From contig NC_068992.1 in the NCBI RefSeq assembly GCF_001194135.2, positions 31,022,397 through 31,086,396 on the forward strand: a DNA stretch of 64,000 bases, read 5' to 3'. Each line of letters opens with the position of its first letter. Positions within the stretch are counted from its first letter, which is position 1. A program made the translations under genes and the position numbers. The notes below the pieces were generated by a model. The model saw only the letters and a program-made list of their open reading frames with translations, was not told where the DNA came from and did not search any database. Positions 40,980 through 52,149 of the stretch are shown piece by piece. This DNA is from Octopus bimaculoides (Eukaryota).

Positions 40980-42415
40980 TTCAGTGTTTTTTTTTTTTTT
41001 TGTGAGAATAAGGTGAGAGCTGTTGTTACTACTTTACTGTTGAATTTATTGTTGAAGCGGGTCACGCGTGTTGTTGTTAATTGTTGCTGTTGGCTTTATT
41101 CTTTTTCTCCTCATTGAGGGTGAGGAAGAGCGTTGCATTTTGGAGAGCTCCGTGAAAGCTGCTGCGGCAAAGACAGCTACACAGTTGAAAGCCTCGAGGG
41201 TAGACTTAGATAAAGAGGAATTAACGAAAAGTTTGTGAGTGGTGAATAAGGAGGAAGGAGCAATGAAGCTGATCCTCCACCCAAGAGTCAATGGAAGAGA
41301 AGAGGGAAAAAACAGTGGTGTACTGCACGCAAGTGGTCGCACAAATAAAATTGAGAAAGTGTCGAAGGAAGAGGTGGAGGAGTGCCTATGGAATATCATG
41401 CAAGACGCGACATTTGCAAGCAGAAGAAGGAGGTATGGAACAGTGGAGGTAAGGTTTGCAACCGAAGAAGTGGTGGCCTCACACTCCATGAATATCCTGA
41501 GGATCGACAAGGTAGCGCTGTTGCCCATATATAAGGGAAGGCGTATCGTCCGGGTCAGAATACTTAGGGTGACGCCTGAGATTAGGACAGAGTGGTTGGT
41601 AGCAACCATTATAGCAGCCACCGATGATAAGCCGGAGTTCAGAGATGCTGGAAGAACGGAGATGTTGAATTGCTGGGGAAGTGGAGTGGAGTTGTGGTTA
41701 TTCGTCACATTTGAAGATATAGAGAGCCTTCCCTACCTAGAAGAGATTGATGGGGAAAATTCCCTGAATGTAATAGTAGAGGGTCCTACATCCAATTGCT
41801 ACATCTGCGGTGAAAAGAGGCACATGAAATTGAAGTGCCCCCTATATAAAAACAATCTGACTGATTCGGTGATAAGTGAAAAAGAAGAGAAAGAACAAAT
41901 AGAGACAGAAGGCAGGATGAATGCAGAAACGGAAAAGAGGGAAATTAAGAACAATGAGCACGAGAAGGGAGAGATAGAGGAAAGAACAAAAGCAACATAA
42001 GAAGAGAGTGACGGGCTCGTCAACCCCAAGAGAAGGAAAAATGGCGAGATCAAGGGAAGAACTAGAGAGAGATAGCAGAAGCGGGGAAGGCGTACAAAAA
42101 AGATACAAAAACCGCCTGAATTCGCATATGAAAAGGAAAGGATACCAGAGAGGAGACCAGAAGATATGACGTCTGGCGAGAATAAGTGATATTTTACCTT
42201 TTACAAGAAAGCTTAGAGGTAGAGTAGAAAAATTCAAAGTGGAAGAGTCTGATAAGAGTGAAGTTACCAAAGGAGAGATTTGGAGAAGACGAGAGATGTA
42301 TATTGGTGAATAATGAAAAGAGAGACAACCTGAGAAACATGTGTCCTGAATTTGTGATAAAGACAGACGGGCCGGTATACTTTAAAGGAATACCGCCGGT
42401 GGTTTGATTCTTCAA
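40980..42415 (+). mobile_element. L1/Tx1-like element copy B: ORF1 with 253-aa open frame
   Basis: ORF 41239..42000 reads RRRRYGTVEVRF..LLPIYKGRR..RVRILRVTPE..VEGPTSNCYICGEKRHMKLKC (intact CX2CX4HX4C), followed by an acidic/basic low-complexity tail. Confidence 0.8.
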
Positions 42416-42437
42416 AAGTCGATTTCTTTATTGCACA

Positions 42438-43270
42438 CTAGGGGCCAACATAGATGGAGACGATAAAATCTGGGGTCAGATAAACAATTGTTTTTACAAC
42501 AAAATGCGAATCACCTGTCACCCGACACGGAGAAACGCATTTCTCGTAGCCGTTCAACAAAGGGAGCAAATATCTTGGTCTTTTCAATTGGGCTTCTACA
42601 GCAACAATTACATCCAAATCCCTCCACCTGATGTCATTTAGGAAGCGCCCTTGCTTCCAGCTCAACATCAGGCCAGATACATTTACACATTCTATACGAA
42701 TAGCCATAATGTTCTACCTTAGTTGTTCAGTGGTATCAGGTGCAGATGAAGTCTCCACCTCTTCTTTCTTTTTCTCTCGCAGGATCGGAGCCGTTAAATC
42801 ATTCCCTATCTGTTTTCTTTCTGGTTTTCTCTTTGGTTATCTTTCTTCTCCTCTCATCCATCCCCTTCCTCCACCTCCTCGTCTGTTTCTTTGCATTTCG
42901 TGTGAATATTTCCTAGTTGGCCGCACTGGAAGCACCTTGGTTTGCGACCCTCCACAAACACTTTGAGGGACTCCCCTGCTCTATCTATTTTCTCTGGAAT
43001 TTCTTCCGGAGCTTGCGGCTCCACCTGTACAATTATATTGACTGTTTGGCTGTGCCAATTCATTTTGTCCGTCACTGCCAGTTTTATAGTTACGGATGCT
43101 ACCAGCCACATGGGAGCCACCTCCGGTGGAGTCCTTCCTATTCGGATCCGTGACGCTCTCCTTCCCATATATATATATGGGAATGAGCGCCATATCATCC
43201 GTTTTTATGGTTTCAGCAGAATGGTATCGATCTTTTTCCTTGATTACCACCCTTACTCGGATTGTGGCGA
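42438..43270 (-). mobile_element. L1/Tx1-like element copy C (inverted): ORF1 3' part plus start of APE endonuclease
   Basis: 42854..43198 IYMGRRASRIRIGRTPPE..VEGRKPRCFQCGQLGNIHTKC. 42438..42707 MAIRIECVNVSGL..KQGRFLNDIR..DVIVAVEAQL matches the APE N-terminal NVxGL..ExH/R pattern. Confidence 0.8.
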
Positions 43271-44980
43271 AAATGCTAAGAAGCAACTTGACTTCGCCGC
43301 TGCAGTGAGTACAAAGGTAAAAAAAGATTAGCCTAGCAAACATGGAAAAAACACAAGCAAATGCTGACAAGTAAGGGTCATGAAGCCAAAGAAGTCCCCC
43401 CCACCACCACCACCACAAAGGAGATAGAAGAAGAAGTTGAGAAAAAGTAATTTTCAGAGCATATAAAGTAAAGGAGAAAAAGATAGACTACGTGGTGGAA
43501 GCAGAAGTTGAAAAGTGCCTAAAACCGATTTCGAACAAAATAAAATACATCTCAAAAGGTAGAAGATGCGCAACAAGTGAGTCGGAAGAGGTAGCCCGGC
43601 TCCATTCAGTCGATCATTTGAAAACAGAGGAAGTGGTGCTTCTGCCAATGTACATGGATAGAAGGGCATTTAGAATTAATATCACTAATATTCCCCCTGA
43701 CGTGGACCCAGTGTGGCTCGTGACGATGGGCCTGGAGGGAAACAATTACAGTTTTAGACGCTGCCGTGATGGAGCAACACAACTGACACGGCAAAAGCGT
43801 GCGGTTAATTATAAATACAGAGCAGTCCACACTAGAAGAAATGACCGGAATCATCGAGGTTGGTGAGACCTGTCTGGTAGTGATGGTTGAAGGTCGCCAG
43901 CATCGATGCGTCCAGTGTGGAAAGAAGGGTCACCTCAGGGCAGATTTCAAACCGAAAGAAGGCGAAAAAAAGAAAGAAGTGACAGAGAAGGAGACTGCAG
44001 AAAATGAGCCATCGACGTCGTCACAAGCGACACCAATGCCGGAAGAAGGGGAAGGGTGGTCTCTTGTTCAGAACAAGACGAAATTAAAACCAAACTCCTC
44101 GGAAAAAGAAAAAGAAAAATGCGATCCACGTCAATGCAAAAAGCAAGGAAACAAGAGAAGAAAAACGAAGAAGAAAACTACTGCATGGCGGTTTACGTCT
44201 CGAATAGAGATCTGATGAACTGTCTGGCAACTATATACGCGGAAAAAAATGGAAATAGCTGAAAACCAAAAAGAAGGTTATGAAATTTACAAGACAAACA
44301 GGAAAACCTATAATATTTTGATGAAAGACTTTAGAAAAGATGTTGGCCCTCGCAGATTGGACATTGCTACAAATATAAACGAGGGCCTCATCCCTCCGAG
44401 GGCACCAGCCGAGGAAAAATAAGAAGAGGTGGGTCCCCCACAGCCTCCAGACACAAATTAAAACGGTAAGTTTTTTTTATGGCTGTTCACGTAGGATGCA
44501 TAAATATGCGTGGCCTGGCGTCGAGCTGGAAACAAGGACGTTTTCTATATAACGTCAAGTCACAAAGTTTAGATGCCATTGTTGCTACTGAAACTCGGTT
44601 AATGGGGCCAAGAGATCTGCTTCCACTCCTGAAAGGCTACGAGAAATTATTTCCTCCAGGCCGGCCGGGGGTGGGGGTAGGGTGTTTGTCCTACTTAAAA
44701 GAAACCAAGTTTCAGAGAAAAAGTTAATTTTTTTTGACCGAGAAATGATTACGAAAGAGATTACCAAAGGTGTCGGTAGAGAATACAGGGCTCATGAGAT
44801 CGGGATATATCTGTATTGGAAACCCCATATTGCCTTTCATTTGAATGTAATTGTCTCATGTGTTCCATTCGTTTTTTCATTTTGTCATTTTAAATTTTTA
44901 TCACCATTTGATGTATATAACCCCATATCATATTGTATTGTCCCCTCTATGTGCGCATGTAATAGGCAAGAAAGGGAACG
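43270..44980 (+). mobile_element. L1/Tx1-like element copy D: ORF1, first ~85 codons of APE, then T-rich 3' end
   Basis: KKQLDFAAAV N-terminus (~43280), LLPMYMDRRAFRINITNIPPD, VEGRQHRCVQCGKKGHLR. ORF2 start 44479 reads MAVHVGCINMRGLASSWKQGRFL..DAIVATETRL. No RT motifs follow. Confidence 0.8.
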
Positions 44981-45004
44981 AAACGTTTGGGGAGGAAATG
45001 AACA

Positions 45005-45954
45005 GTGAGTAGTCAGCTGGAAAATTATTTACACGATTTTAAGCTCTCGAGCTTAGTGGACGGCCATATGTTGTAGTGGCCGGTCAGTTATAGACCGTCT
45101 TGAGAAAGATGCACGTAAAACCACTCGAGAACTGACAAAATAACTTCAAGTTAGCCAGAAAACTGCATGCAACCATTTGCGTGCGATCGGAAAATTCAAA
45201 AATAGCTAGACGAATGAGTACCACACGATTTGAATGAAAATCAGGAAATGCGCAGATATGAAATTTACTCGTCGCTTCTTCTCTCCAACCAGACCGATCC
45301 ATTTCTCGACCGTATTGTAACTTGCGATGAAGAGTGGATTCTCTACAAGAAAAAAGAAGAAAGAAACGACATTCTTCGCAGTGGTTGGACCAAAATGAAG
45401 CACTGGAAACCTTCCCTGAATCTGAGCTCTTGAAAAAAAATGGTTATGGTGATTCTTTGGTGGTGCACTTTTGGACTCACCCACTATAACTTGTTAAAAC
45501 CCAGAAAACCATTACTGCAGAAACATATTGCCATGAATATTGCCAAAAATGAACGAAAATCTGCTACTCCTCCGTCCCAGACAGGTCAACAGAATAGCGC
45601 CAAGTATTTTTCATGACAATGCTCAACCACACGTTTCCTTAATGACGCTCCAGAAGTTGTAGGAATTTGGCTACGAAGTTCTTCCCCAGACCTTTCTCCT
45701 CATGACTACCACTTTTTCAAGCGTCTCGATGGTTTCAAAAATGAAACCGATGTTGAAAGTACTCTGAAAGAATTCATCAGCTCCAGAACTCCAAATTTTT
45801 ATGTTACCGGATTAAACAAATTTGTATCTTGTCGGCAAAAAATGTGTTGATTGTAATGGTACTTACTTTGATGAATAAAATTTCTGTATTGTTGAAATAT
45901 ATTGTGCTGAATTTCATGTTTCAAAACTTTGCTTACTTTTTACTCAGACTGATA
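45005..45954 (+). mobile_element. mariner (DD34D) relic, internally deleted, right terminus present
   Basis: HDLNENQEMRRYEIYSSLLL..PFLDRIVTCDEEWILY, MVMVILWW, FHDNAQPH, PDLSPHDYHFFKRLDGF and CRQKCVDCNGTYFDE. A TIR-like end GCTTACTTTTTACTCAGACTGATA lies at 45931-45954. Confidence 0.85.
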
Positions 45955-46046
45955 GTTTTGAAATTTACGATAATAATGCAAGAAATGAACCAATTAACTT
46001 TTCTTGAAATAAAAATCTCACATTATCTGAAAAGGAATATTCTTAC

Positions 46047-46276
46047 GTTCAACGTGTCAAATTTTGAAAAACACAGAGACACAAGCGTTTGTGGACGACG
46101 TTTTTGTAGATTGTTAAGGAAAACGTTGATGCTTGCTGCTTTTCAAACACTTGTCTTGGCGCTTAATAGAGGATGTCTACTGTACCGGAGTTATTAACTA
46201 TTACCGTTTTGTTACGGATGCCAAATTCTTACAGAGTATGCTTATCTTGCACTTTGTAGTTGATGTTTACTTTCCT
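46047..46276 (-). pseudogene. putative decayed exon, cadherin-repeat-like
   Basis: Acceptor AATATTTTCTCCAG| and donor AC|GTAAGA. Translation KVNINYKVQDKHTL*EFGIRNKTVIVNNSGTVDILY*APRQVFEKQQASTFSLTI is similar to I-x-Y-x-I..F-x-I..G-x-I..L-D-F-E..F-x-L. Confidence 0.5.
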
Positions 46277-46526
46277 CTGGAGAAAATATTATTTTAAATG
46301 TTACATTTGAACAAATGTCTAGATGTTTAGTAAATGGCAATATCAATCTTTATGTTGTTTTTTTATATTCCTTAACCCGATTCATTTGTTTTAATCCAGT
46401 TTGGATCATATATTTCTCTTTGCATTGTGCACCTGTGATGCAGTGAATATATATTTTTTTCTTTTTGGTTTTCGAGTCACGTTTGAGACTAACGCTAATA
46501 CTTTCTAGTACTTAAATTTGCCTTAC

Positions 46527-46643
46527 CTCATTTAGTCATACTTCACAAAGCGAAGCTGTCTTTGTTTCGTTACTTGCATAATATTTTTTCTAATGTCGAT
46601 TCGGTGTTGTTGGTTGTCCATTCAGACTTGGTAACTATCTAAG
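46527..46643 (-). pseudogene. putative decayed exon (117 bp)
   Basis: Strong acceptor TTTTCACTGTTTCTCTGTAG| and donor GAG|GTAAGG. Length is a multiple of 3, but every frame has stops. Confidence 0.4.
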
Positions 46644-46739
46644 CTACAGAGAAACAGTGAAAATGTAAGCACATTTAATCCATCTTTTGTTTCGAATAAT
46701 TAATTTTTATGTTTGGTGTAGCTTTTGAAGGTATCGTTT

Positions 46740-47470
46740 ACTTCACTATGAAATGCTATGGCTTCTAGTATTAATTGTAACAACAAATGGAATATCTTCT
46801 ATTAAATGTTGTCTTCAACCTCAGTTTAAGGTTTTCTCCGTAAACAGATTGCAGGATCTCTTTTGTGTCATAAATTACTACGTTTAACAGGTATTTTTTT
46901 CCGGATGAATATAATACATCTATTACTAGCTCCTTCGTCAGTTTGCGCCCGTAACTATTCAACACAAATGTCTTACTATGTTCAATGTTATGTTCCTTTA
47001 ATTGTCGGATTCATTGAAAATCTAAAATCTAATTATTGTGCGCGACCGCGTACTTTGAGAAATGATCAGACACATTTTCTTTAATTGCCATTGTTACCCA
47101 AAACTGTGTTTCCTTTCATTCATTACTTGAATGTTATACAACAATGTCTTCCTTATTTTGATTTTCCGAGTAGAAAAAAAAAAATAGTCATTCAGAAATA
47201 TTTTCCAGTTTCCTTTTTAAAGAGATTGGGAATATTGATAGAATGTAATCAAAATAGTATTTTCCTCTTCCAGGAATTGTGGTAGCAGCTTCCGTTCCCA
47301 TTGTTATTTTTATTTGAAGATAATATTAACTGTCAGAAAATTGGTTGTTATTTTCTAGCAGCAATTGTAATACTTTTGGGAGTCCCTCCAGATTCTGTGT
47401 CCGTACTGTTTAAACTGAATTCTGCTACTTCTAATTCAATCGACATATAATAATAGTATACAGATTGTTC
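46740..47470 (-). pseudogene. putative decayed large exon, cadherin-repeat-like
   Basis: Long stop-poor frame: ETQFWVTMAIKENVSD..SKTFVLNSYGRKLTKELVIDVLYSSGKKYLLNVVIYD, similar to V-x-I-x-E-N..F-x-I..G..D..Y-x-L-x-V-x-x-x-D. Confidence 0.4.
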
Positions 47471-47541
47471 TGGTCAAACTCTCATTATCCACTTTATGTG
47501 TTTGTGTACACACACACATACTCACACACATGCACAGACGC

Positions 47542-47586
<45 letters not shown>

Positions 47587-47739
47587 CACACAAAATATGC
47601 GGGTTTAGCTCACAGGTAATGTAAACGACTGGAACCATTGGAGATTTCGAATATAGCAGATATATAATTGTTAAAGAGGACTACAAACGTGAAGGCAAGA
47701 CAAACATCTCAATTCATATACATTATTATTATTGGAAGA

Positions 47740-47905
47740 ATTATAACTCTTACGCCTGTTTTTCGGATATCCCAAAGTATGAGATATACTTTCATCGGAG
47801 ACAAATGGGGAAAATATGAAAGGTGTAGATTAATCAAGTTGTCTCCGATGACGGATTATCCAAAACTTTGGGATATCCCAGAAATTGCGGTAATACTTTG
47901 AATTT
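47740..47905. repeat. imperfect inverted pair of Penelope-terminus-like sequences
   Basis: 47740-47804 versus reverse complement of 47839-47905 share GGATATCCCAAAGT and TCATCGGAGACAA. Each arm reads GTCT-CCGATGA..GAAA..GTA-A(G/T)A. Confidence 0.7.
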
Positions 47906-47989
47906 TTCCAATGATAACGTATATGACTCGAGATGTCTGTCTTGCCTTAACACTTTTGTTGTCCTCTTCAACAATTTTATATATATATA

Positions 47990-48412
47990 TATAATGATTT
48001 ACTTTTCGTAATGAAATACAAAAAACAAGGATGTGTATATTTTAGAACATTTATAAATAAAAGGTATTACAGTACTTTCCGGATATTTATTATATCTCTT
48101 CATCGGAGACGATGTAAGAAGAGGATGGTTAAGCAATAGTTAGTTTAGATGGTTAAGCAATAGTTAGTTTGTAAATGCATTGTTTAGGCATTCTGCCTAA
48201 ACAATGGATTTACAAATACAATATCCCTGCATGCACTCTCTGTTTCTTATCATATCTAAACTAACTATTGTTTAGCCATCCTCTCACATCGTCTCCGATG
48301 AAGAGATATAATAAATATCCGGAAAGTGCTGTAATACCTTTTATTTATAAATGTTCTAAAATATACACAACCTTGTTATTTTTTTATTTCGTTACGAAAA
48401 GTAAATCCTTAT
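47990..48412. repeat. large foldback: ~160-bp near-identical inverted arms with an inner 23-bp hairpin
   Basis: ~47990-48150 is the reverse complement of ~48254-48412 with few mismatches. Inner stem 48168-48190/48194-48216 has 1 mismatch and loop TTC. A ~22-bp tandem duplication lies at 48124-48170. Confidence 0.92.
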
Positions 48413-48968
48413 ATTTACACGCTAATATATGACCTGCGGTGGACCCCTTATTCGCATAATCACCGAACCTGGAACTTAACTATGGTCTATTCTTAGCATT
48501 TACTTAGCATTTACTCAGCATTACCTGAAACCTCTGTGGCTAATTGACAACATTGCCGCTCATAAAATCTCTCNNNNNNNNNNNNNNNNNNNNNNNNNNN
48601 NNNNNNNNNNNNNNNNNNNNNNNNNNNNNNNNNNNNNNNNNNNNNNNNNNNNNNNNNNNNNNNNNNNNNNNNNNNNNNNNNNNNNNNNNNNNNNNNNNNN
48701 NNNNNNNNNNNNNNNNNNNNNNNNNNNNNNNNNNNNNNNNNNNNNNNNNNNNNNNNNNNNNNNNNNNNNNNNNNNNNNNNNNNNNNNNNNNNNNNNNNNN
48801 NNNNNNNNNNNNNNNNNNNNNNNNNNNNNNNNNNNNNNNNNNNNNNNNNNNNNNNNNNNNNNNNNNNNNNNNNNNNNNNNNNNNNNNNNNNNNNNNNNNN
48901 NNNNNNNNNNNNNNNNNNNNNNNNNNNNNNNNNNNNNNNNNNNNNNNNNNNNNNNNNNNNNNNNNNNN

Positions 48969-48999
<31 letters not shown>

Positions 49000-50555
49000 G
49001 GGCATATATATATATATACATATTTGTATGAATGTATATATATATATTTGTGTGTATGTATATATCTGTGTGTTAGTGTATGTGTGGGTATGTATGTTGT
49101 ATATACAAGTGTGTGTGTGTTTGTGTGTGTGTGAATGTCGGTGTATATTTGTTTGTATTTGTATGTGTGCGTGTTTATCTGTTTGTCAAGAAATGTGTCT
49201 TGTTTTGCTCAACGTTTTGGTAACAGTAATTATTTTTGAGGTGATTTCATTATGTATAATTTATTATGACCATTGTTACTGCTTTTGTTGTTTTAATATC
49301 TGTATTTCCTTTGCAGATTTGCTACATCGTCACAGGTTTATAACGACTGATTAAAAAATTGTTAAATATCATTGTAAATAATTACTTCGTATTGTTTTTA
49401 CTATGTTAGTGGCCGATAATTTTGTCGTGTTGTTGTTGTTGCCATAAATTTTAGCATCACGATTGTTTTATTTGGTTCTTTCTATACTACTTGCGAAGTG
49501 ATTGTAATTTTTCCTAGTTGTTATTATCATTGTCATCATCATGAACGTTCTGATAATCATCATTATCATTATTATCATTTCAGAATATTTTTTTTCAATT
49601 AATGTCTTTGTGGGAAAGTAGAGAATTCAATTTGCCTTGTCTAAAGAAAGAATGATAAACGCCCAGATATATCTGTGCGCGTGTGTATGTGTGTATGTAA
49701 GCATATCCACGTAATCACCTACACATTAATAAACATCTAAACGGCATATATAACAAACTAAATACAATTAGGTATATCTGTGTGTATATGAGTGCATGTT
49801 TGTCTGCAAATTTTATGTACGTGTGTATCTGCAATTACTGACAGTTATGTCTGATTCTCTATATTTCATGCTGCGTATAAATGTGTTGTGTACAATGTCT
49901 CTCGTTGCTACTCTTGCTCTCTTACATAAATATATATGTATATATATAGTACTATAATATTATACTTATAATCATACACTGTCACGTATACACATATGCA
50001 TGCATATATTCACCTGAGAATATTTATACACAAATACACAAACATATTAAGTTTGGTGTAATTTATATTATATCGACTTTCCAAACGTCCATATATTTCA
50101 TTTCCTCTATATTCTATTCCTTTATTTAAATTTTCCGTCGGCTGTTTTCATTAATTGAAAACGGAATTAAATATTATAATCAATTAATGCTTAAGAACGC
50201 GGAAAAAACATATTCAAATCAATCTCTATGGGAATTACTTTTCCTCATAGCAAATGTAAAAATGCATGTAATTCATAATCAAAACCCATAGTGGCAAGCC
50301 AATGCAAAATATTTCTGTGTTTTCTTTGATAATATGTTTCATTCCTTCATGTATTTCTTGCATTTCCATCATTTGCAGGTGCATATGTTTGCATTCTGTG
50401 CATCTTAATTAACCTACCTGTGTGAAATATCTTCCAGACAATTCCACTACATAAGATGCGATAAATACCTTCTTTATTCACAGTGAGTTTTATTTCCGTC
50501 ATAGTACATGATGTATTAGCAATCACGGCGGTTGTCCGAATTTTCGAACGCTTAC

Positions 50556-50686
50556 ATTTTCAAGTTAAACTTTCGATATCTCTTCCAAAATTATAATAAG
50601 CTACAATCTCTCTTTGATGCAATGGCCAGTCTGTGCATGACAGATACAGTGAACGTCTTAGATTCCCTATTCCTCTTTACAAAATC
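50556..50686 (-). pseudogene. putative decayed exon (131 bp)
   Basis: Acceptor TTTCTTTTGAATAG| and donor AAT|GTAAGC. It is separated from the next putative exon by only 55 nt, and all frames have stops. Confidence 0.3.
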
Positions 50687-50741
50687 CTATTCAAAAGAAA
50701 TGATAATTATATGACATGAGGTGAAAAGAAACGAAACTTAC

Positions 50742-51095
50742 ATTTCAAACGATAAGCCAACGCTTATTGAAAGTACAGCATCAGTCATTGATACAGACGG
50801 TTTAAATTTATCTAGATTTTTGATGATCTCTGTTTTAGAATTGCTTTATTCGCAGCTGATGAAGTCAGTAAGCGGAACTATATTCGAAGTAACATTATTT
50901 TCCTCAGAAATTTGCGTTGATGGCTCTTTACTCTGTAAAACTGTAAATTGCAGATCAAAACAGTAATCCAACGCAGTTTCATAATAGCCAGTCTGATATT
51001 GAGGTCTTCTAAGCATTCTGAATGCATCGATGGATAATACTAATCCTGTTTATGCATATAGAAAGTCCTTCCCATCACACAAGTTGAGTAAAAGC
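50742..51095 (-). pseudogene. putative decayed exon (354 bp), cadherin-repeat-like
   Basis: Strong acceptor TTTTTCTTCTGTTTCATATCTCCAG| and donor AT|GTAAGT. One frame has only 2 stops in 118 codons: RRPQYQTGYYETAL..QISEENNV..NLDKFKPSVSMTDAVLSISVGLSFE. Confidence 0.5.
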
Positions 51096-51249
51096 CTGGA
51101 GATATGAAACAGAAGAAAAATATATATCAAATTATATTTCTCGAATGCAAAGTAACATAATGATATGAAAAGCGTAACTAAATTACATAGGTGAAAATGG
51201 ATATAATCGTGTAAGGAAATTCAAATAATTTTATGGTTACTTTGTTGAC

Positions 51250-51450
51250 TTGATATACAAATCAAATTTGAGAAGTGAAATAAATATGCATTTTCATTAA
51301 ACTCGTTACGATTGATCGAAATTAAACAACGAATGTGTATATTGATTTTCGTGAAGAAAATGGAGGATTTATATTCTCTATGGCCAAAGACATACAACTT
51401 ATAATGACAACAGAGCTGAGATGACAATAATTGAGAGTAAATGATGTGTG
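51250..51450 (-). pseudogene. putative decayed exon segment with cadherin linker motif
   Basis: SLAIENINPPFSSRKSIYTFVV (~51390-51325), similar to I-x-V-x-D-x-N-D-N-x-P-x-F..Y-x-F-x-V. Confidence 0.4.
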
Positions 51451-51874
51451 CTACTTCACAAATCACGCAGTTTAGGGGGAAATTTTCTACAATGAGATTT
51501 TGCTGATACACTCACAATCAGTTTCATAAAATTCATGTAAAATATCCGGAGAAAATATATAGAACGCAAATTTCAATATCAACAGAGCATCCAGTTTTCA
51601 AAAATACACCTTCGAAATTGTGGTGTTATGTAATTGAGATATATTGAAGTGTTAAAATAAATACGGAAATAAAATCCAAACGACAAAAAAGCGAAGGAAA
51701 AAGACAAAGAGGATTAACCTTTTAAAGTACAAACTTTCTGCAGCTAATACCGCGTAGATACACCTAGCACAAGCATTAAATAAAGTAAGACAAAAACACA
51801 GAATATCTACGAAATAGTGAAAAAGAAACGGATGTGGAAATGGAGAAAAACTTAAATATATTCTTTCTTTTAAT

Positions 51875-52075
51875 AATTGTTTCAGATATTGGACTGTAGC
51901 CATGCTGGAGCACCCACCACCTTTAGTCGAAAAAATGGACCCCAGGACTTATTCTTTGTAAGCCTAGTACTTATTCTATCGGTTCTTTGCCAAACCGCTA
52001 CGTTACGGGAAGTGAACACACCAACATCGGTTGTCAAGCGATGTTGGGAGGAAAAACACAGATACATAAACACAC
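51875..52075 (-). mobile_element. 3' half of tRNA-derived SINE
   Basis: Reverse complement ..CATCGCTTGACAACCGATGTTGG..GTAACGTAGCGGTTTGGCAAAGAACCGATAGAATAAGTACTAGGC..GGTGCTCCAGCATGGCTACAG; collinear with 59397-59580. Confidence 0.85.
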
Positions 52076-52149
52076 ACACACACGCACGCATACACGCACG
52101 CACACACGCACACACAGACACACACACACACACATACATATACATATAC

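Noticed and set aside
41046-43331. ORFs 41046..41708 (-), 41842..42270 (-) and 42942..43331 (+)
   Set aside because: Mostly antisense shadows of the Tx1 ORF1 copies.
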